Source: Candidatus Geocrenenecus huangii (GTDB lineage: Archaea; Thermoproteota; Nitrososphaeria_A; Caldarchaeales; Wolframiiraptoraceae). From it: a stretch of 64,000 nt of DNA. Under the pieces are notes generated by a model. The model was not told the DNA's origin, did no database searches, and saw only the letters and a program-made list of their open reading frames with translations. The position numbers were made by a program, and so were the translations under genes. Positions 60,293 through 64,000 of this stretch are shown one piece after another. Location: NCBI GenBank assembly GCA_023254095.1, contig JALNLM010000003.1, positions 89,133-153,132 on the forward strand, given 5' to 3'. Position 1 is the stretch's first letter; the number at the start of each line of letters is the position of its first letter.

Positions 60293-60455
60293 TCTACAAT
60301 AAGTATTGTAGGATAGAATTTAAAAACATAAAGCTACAACCTACACTATCGTACCTTTTATTAATTGAGCATCATTCTCCAGCGATGATGATACGCTATT
60401 TTGGCTATTTCTAAATCTCGGATTAAATGTGAAATAGATAAACTACCACAGAGGT

Positions 60456-60938
60456 CTATCTCGTTAAGGCTTGTTCAGGTCTTGCGAACAGCTCGAGATA
60501 CTGCTTAACTCTCGCTTCGAATATATCGGGTCTAAACTTCATCTCCATCGCTGCGATAGTGTTCAAAGGATCTTCGGGGTTGGGATTGTTTAACAGGTTT
60601 CTAAGAGTCTCTATCAACGTTATCACGTGGAGAGAGGGGGACCAATCTTCTTTCAGTATTGATTCGCATACTCTAGCTGGAACTTCATCTGTAAAGTTAG
60701 GATGCCATATACGTGTCCACCATACGACGTCTGGTGGAGTATATGGGAAAGTGCGAGGGATAAGTATCTCTACTTTAAAGTATCCACCTTCATATAGTCC
60801 TTCACCGATAATCACTCCTCTATAATGTGTTAAATCACCATCAACAACATCGAAAAGGGGTTCATGCTCGTGTACCAGCTTATACTCGAGGGCCAACCTC
60901 TTATACCAGAGGAGCTCTGGAAGCTCAGCATCCATCAT
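60456..60938 (-). CDS. Ubiquitin-conjugating enzyme E2-like protein (UBC fold)
   Basis: The alignment to UbcH5 is clear by eye. It has YEGGYFKVEILIPRTFPYTPPDVVWWTRIWHPNF (HPN motif at ~79-81), the catalytic Cys in RVCESILKEDWSPSL (Cys ~91, with WSP at position +9), and C-terminal NNPNPEDPLN matching CDPNPDDPL. Confidence 0.85.
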   Translation of the reverse strand: MMDAELPELLWYKRLALEYKLVHEHEPLFDVVDGDLTHYRGVIIGEGLYEGGYFKVEILIPRTFPYTPPDVVWWTRIWHPNFTDEVPARVCESILKEDWSPSLHVITLIETLRNLLNNPNPEDPLNTIAAMEMKFRPDIFEARVKQYLELFARPEQALTR

Positions 60939-61130
60939 TAGGTCCCTCCATCTAAAATCTAGATCTTAACAATCCTGGATTAATACTTATACCCTATTCG
61001 GTAACCATCTTTCCATGTTTTACCAATATGTGTTTTCTATGAGTACTCTCGAATTTCATACGTCACTTTAATACATCAGTGAATCGTTCTTACGAGGTTA
61101 TTCTAGATAGACGTTCTGTCCTTCAATATC

Positions 61131-61379
61131 TTACTCTACATATACTCCTCCTACAGTCCTCGTTATCAATACGAGCTTGTCTCCGTCTTCCACACCTATA
61201 TCCTGAAGTGTCTCAGTATCTTTTAGTGCCCTACCTCTGAATGTAAGTCTCGTAGTATCAGGGGGGAGCTTCTTCATAGCGCATACTTTTGCTCTTATAG
61301 CTCCAATAGTTGTTGTAGGTGAAACTTCTAATTCTATCGGGCTTCCACCACCCACTGCAGGAACGACCTTAATCTTCAT
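61131..61379 (-). CDS. Ubiquitin homolog (beta-grasp) ending in a Gly-Gly motif followed by a 4-residue extension (precursor form)
   Basis: The 82-aa sequence IELEVSPTTTIGAIRAKVCAMKKLPPDTTRLTFRGRALKDTETLQDIGVEDGDKLVLITRTVGG-VYVE aligns along its whole length with ubiquitin ([63 protein letters not shown]). Confidence 0.8.
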   Translation of the reverse strand: MKIKVVPAVGGGSPIELEVSPTTTIGAIRAKVCAMKKLPPDTTRLTFRGRALKDTETLQDIGVEDGDKLVLITRTVGGVYVE

Positions 61380-61414
61380 TAAACCTTCTCTCCTAGAATT
61401 TTCTGTTTATCCAC

Positions 61415-61424
61415 TATATATAAA
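61415..61424 (-). promoter_or_regulatory. Putative TATA box (TTTATATATA) for the ubiquitin-E2 transcription unit
   Basis: An A/T octamer lies about 36-45 nt upstream of the ubiquitin-like start codon on the minus strand, in a 320-bp divergent intergenic region. Confidence 0.3.
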
Positions 61425-61662
61425 CATTTGTATCTCGAGTATTCTACGAGAATTCCTAGAAAATGCTTATAGAAATACTCGGCGAACCTACAATCAAGAT
61501 ATATTAGACAAGATTGCTCGGGTTTCTAACCTTGAATCTTCTTACTACTCATCAACACTTAACTTACAGGGATGTATCCTTGTAGAAGAGTTGTGCATAG
61601 GAGATTGTATTTGCTAAAAATACATATTCCTTCTCTGTTAAAGAAGCTAATTAGATAACAAT

Positions 61663-61670
61663 TATATTTT
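61663..61670 (+). promoter_or_regulatory. Putative TATA box (TTATATTT) for the JAMM gene
   Basis: It lies about 30-36 nt upstream of the TTG start at 61699, which is consistent with a short-leader or leaderless archaeal transcript. Confidence 0.3.
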
Positions 61671-61698
61671 AGAGCATTTCCTAGAGTGTAGAGAAGAG

Positions 61699-62334
61699 TT
61701 GAGAGTGAGGATCTATCCTCTAGCATTAGGCAAGGCTGTAAAGTATACTTTAATGGATCTCGAAAGAGAAGTGGCAGGACTATTAATTGGACGATATGAA
61801 AAGAAACAAGATGTGTTAGAGATATGGGATGCTATATCAGGAAACCAGAAAGCTTCTTCAGCATTTGTATATCTAGATGAAGAAGTTATGGCCGCTACTT
61901 TCGAGTGGCTTTCGAGAGAGAGACCTGGACTATATATTGTAGGATGGTATCATTCACATCCAGGCTTCGACCTCTTCTTATCGACAATAGATATACAAAC
62001 GCAGAAGAGATATCAGATGATGTTCCCCAAAGCAGTCGCCATGGTCATCGATCCACTCGAATACGCTAAGACTAGAAAACTTGTAGATCTAAAGTTTAAG
62101 GTATTCCACATAGATAAGCAGGGAAGGGTAATACCCTTGAGGGCCTCGATAGGTATACAGAGAAAGAAGGTAATAGAAAGTACTATAAGGGGAATGGATA
62201 CAGTAGAACTATTCTTTATTCAACCTCCTGAACTGCAGGAACCCGAAAACTACAAGTTTACAGGTTTCTCAGGTTTAGGGGAAAGAATTAAGAAGCTAAA
62301 AGATAAATTCATGCCTTTCTATCAAGAGAAGTAA
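61699..62334 (+). CDS. JAMM/MPN+ metalloprotease (Rpn11/CSN5-like deubiquitinase/ubiquitin-precursor processing enzyme)
   Basis: It has a complete JAMM motif: upstream Glu (LEREVAG) and H85-S-H87-x7-S95-x2-D98 within GWYHSHPGFDLFLSTID. It is transcribed divergently from the ubiquitin/E2 genes. Confidence 0.85.
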   Translation: MRVRIYPLALGKAVKYTLMDLEREVAGLLIGRYEKKQDVLEIWDAISGNQKASSAFVYLDEEVMAATFEWLSRERPGLYIVGWYHSHPGFDLFLSTIDIQTQKRYQMMFPKAVAMVIDPLEYAKTRKLVDLKFKVFHIDKQGRVIPLRASIGIQRKKVIESTIRGMDTVELFFIQPPELQEPENYKFTGFSGLGERIKKLKDKFMPFYQEK

Positions 62335-62395
62335 ACATTTTATCCCTACTTTTAAGATTTTTAAGTAAGTAAAACATTGTAAAACTGAATGAAAA

Positions 62396-62689
62396 ATGCC
62401 GAAATCTAAAGGATTTAGATATAAGTCGAGAAGTATACTTACTAAGCCTAGGGGGGTTAGACAAGGCTATAACCCTGAGATCTATTTAACAGAATTTAAG
62501 CGTGGAGATAAGGTAGTGATAAAGATCAATCCATCAGTACATAAGGGTTCCCCCCATAGAAGATACCATGGTAAAATAGGGGAGATAGTTGGTAAACGTG
62601 GTAAAGCATATCTCGTCTCTGTATCATTAAAAGAAAAATTAAAACAAATAGTTGTTTTACCTGACCATCTTGTTAAGTGGAGCGGGTGA
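62396..62689 (+). CDS. rpl21e: 50S ribosomal protein L21e
   Basis: It has the N-terminal PKSKGFRYKSRS...RGVRQGY and SPHRRYHGKIGEIVG, characteristic of L21e. Confidence 0.85.
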   Translation: MPKSKGFRYKSRSILTKPRGVRQGYNPEIYLTEFKRGDKVVIKINPSVHKGSPHRRYHGKIGEIVGKRGKAYLVSVSLKEKLKQIVVLPDHLVKWSG

Positions 62690-62693
62690 ATAA

Positions 62694-63053
62694 ATGTCTA
62701 AGAAGATCATTCAACAAACGCCTTTATCTTTACCAGAAGTAAAAGAGCTCCTTGAACAGAAACAAGAAAGACTAGACGCTATGCAGCTCAGAGTCTTAGA
62801 GTATGTTAGAAAATATTCTAAGCTTTCCCCCAATAGAGCTAAGCAGCTCATAGAAGAACTTATGTCGAAATTCGAGTTAACACGAGAAGAAGCAGTACAG
62901 ATAGTAGATATATGTCCAACCAACATAGAAGAGCTACGTTCTATTTTAAGTGGCTATAAACGTCTCGTATCATTTATCTTATTCTCGGAAGATAAACTAG
63001 AAGCTATAGTTAATCTAATCAAGAAGTATCTTATGGAAGAAGAAAGAGAGTAG
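62694..63053 (+). CDS. rpoF: DNA-directed RNA polymerase subunit F (Rpo4)
   Basis: 119 aa. Its pattern (EVKELLE...LEYVRKYSKLS...ELR) and its position directly after rpl21e match the conserved archaeal L21e-RpoF arrangement. Confidence 0.7.
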   Translation: MSKKIIQQTPLSLPEVKELLEQKQERLDAMQLRVLEYVRKYSKLSPNRAKQLIEELMSKFELTREEAVQIVDICPTNIEELRSILSGYKRLVSFILFSEDKLEAIVNLIKKYLMEEERE

Positions 63054-63091
63054 TCTTAATTAAGAATATATCTAGATGGATGTGAGGATAT

Positions 63092-63685
63092 TTGTATAAG
63101 CAGAAGAAGTATGAGGATTTTGCATACGTATTAGACATATTCTCACCTCAACGTCAACTGCTACAGCACGGCATACCGATAGGCAGACATGAATCAATTG
63201 CACAATTACTGGGAGAACAATTCTTCACACTTCTAGAAGCCGCCATCAACGAGAAACATAAACCGATGATAAGTATAAGAATATACATTGGGAGAGATAT
63301 TCCAAAAAACATATTGAGAATAATCAGAAGAATAAGATACGACGAGTTAACGCAGAATGCTAAAAACGAGTTACCTAACGTCATTAGAAAGATAGTTGAA
63401 ACAGATGAAGCCAGATTCATCGATTTCTTCAACAACTCTACACCTGTAACTCCTAGAATGCATGCTCTAGAGCTAATCCCAGGAATAGGTAAGAAGATCG
63501 CTATGAAGATTCTGGAAGAAAGAGAGGTGCAACCATTCGTAAGTTACGAAGATTTAAGAAAACGGGTTGGCCTACAAGACCCTGTTAAGGCATTGGTCAA
63601 TAGGATACTGTATGAGTTAATGAATACAGAGGAGAGGTATAGGATGTTCGTTAGAGAACCGGTCAGTCAACTAAGACAATTATGA
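63092..63685 (+). CDS. DUF655/COG1491-type predicted nucleic-acid-binding protein (HhH motif)
   Basis: It has the HhH segment LELIPGIGKKIAMKILEERE. It sits between rpoF and ksgA, as in many archaea. Confidence 0.6.
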   Translation: MYKQKKYEDFAYVLDIFSPQRQLLQHGIPIGRHESIAQLLGEQFFTLLEAAINEKHKPMISIRIYIGRDIPKNILRIIRRIRYDELTQNAKNELPNVIRKIVETDEARFIDFFNNSTPVTPRMHALELIPGIGKKIAMKILEEREVQPFVSYEDLRKRVGLQDPVKALVNRILYELMNTEERYRMFVREPVSQLRQL

Positions 63686-64000
63686 GAAAGTTAGGTCAGC
63701 ATCTCTTAGTAGATCCTCATCTTTTAGATAGACTTGTAGAGTATGGAGAAATCTCAAAGAAAGACGTAGTCTTAGAGGTCGGGGCTGGAACAGGAGAACT
63801 TACATGGAGGATAGCGGAAAGAGCCAGCAAAGTCATAGCAGTCGAGATAGACCGAAAATTGGTGGAGGAAGCATCTAGGAGACTAGACATGTATAATAAT
63901 GTTGAACTAGTCAATGGAGACATATTGGAGGTGAAAGATGAGGTAAAGGAATTTAATAAGGTCGTTTCAAATCCACCTTATCAAATCTCTACGAAGCTTA
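63682..64000 (+). CDS. ksgA: 16S rRNA (adenine1518/1519-N6) dimethyltransferase KsgA/Dim1, N-terminal part; 3' end lies outside the window
   Basis: It begins MRKLGQHLLVDPHLLDRLVEY...VLEVGAGTGELT and continues to NPPYQIST at the window edge. The start overlaps the DUF655 stop (ATGA). Confidence 0.8.
   Translation, partial: MRKLGQHLLVDPHLLDRLVEYGEISKKDVVLEVGAGTGELTWRIAERASKVIAVEIDRKLVEEASRRLDMYNNVELVNGDILEVKDEVKEFNKVVSNPPYQISTKL

Noticed and set aside
63154-63923. Minus-strand ORFs (63154..63435, 63717..63923) at the window end
   Set aside because: They are antisense to the DUF655 and ksgA genes. The plus-strand frames carry clear HhH and SAM-methyltransferase motifs respectively.
1-64000. 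CRISPR arrays, IS elements or long tandem repeats
   Set aside because: No evenly spaced direct repeats, no transposase-like ORFs and no terminal inverted repeats were apparent on reading both strands. The only repetitive DNA noticed is the intragenic 7x repeat of the surface-protein gene.

Overview
This 64 kb window is an AT-rich, gene-dense archaeal chromosomal segment with a crenarchaeal/TACK-like gene set. It carries Alba, TFS, Rpo4/RpoF, L21e, ABCE1, a TIP49-like AAA+ ATPase, a PibD-type prepilin peptidase, and two intron-containing tRNAs. About 65 CDS are called; most are core metabolism and information processing. These include glutamate dehydrogenase, a class III aminotransferase, an aldehyde:ferredoxin oxidoreductase (AOR) with a sarcosine-oxidase/proline-dehydrogenase-like alpha/beta pair, a complete Opp/Dpp peptide ABC transporter, rubrerythrin, ribose-5-phosphate isomerase (RpiA), NAD synthetase (NadE), agmatinase and RNase HII. 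A large minus-strand block (about 49.4-60.3 kb) encodes an Mvh-type [NiFe] hydrogenase (large, small and delta subunits) with two HdrA-like flavoproteins. The same block encodes a ferredoxin/cytochrome-b membrane subunit, a maturation protease, HypC/HypE and an adjacent NikR. The most striking element is a compact eukaryote-like ubiquitin module at about 60.4-62.4 kb. It consists of a true ubiquitin homolog ending in GG plus a 4-residue tail, a UBC-fold E2 with HPN motif and catalytic Cys, and a divergently transcribed Rpn11-like JAMM metalloprotease. No E1 or RING E3 is visible in the window. Other accessory-looking items are a HEPN/minimal-nucleotidyltransferase pair, an orphan two-domain PD-(D/E)xK (NucS/RecB-like) nuclease, a secreted 7-repeat Thr-stalk surface protein and a presenilin-like intramembrane protease. 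No CRISPR array, no transposase or integrase, and no long repeats were detected by eye.
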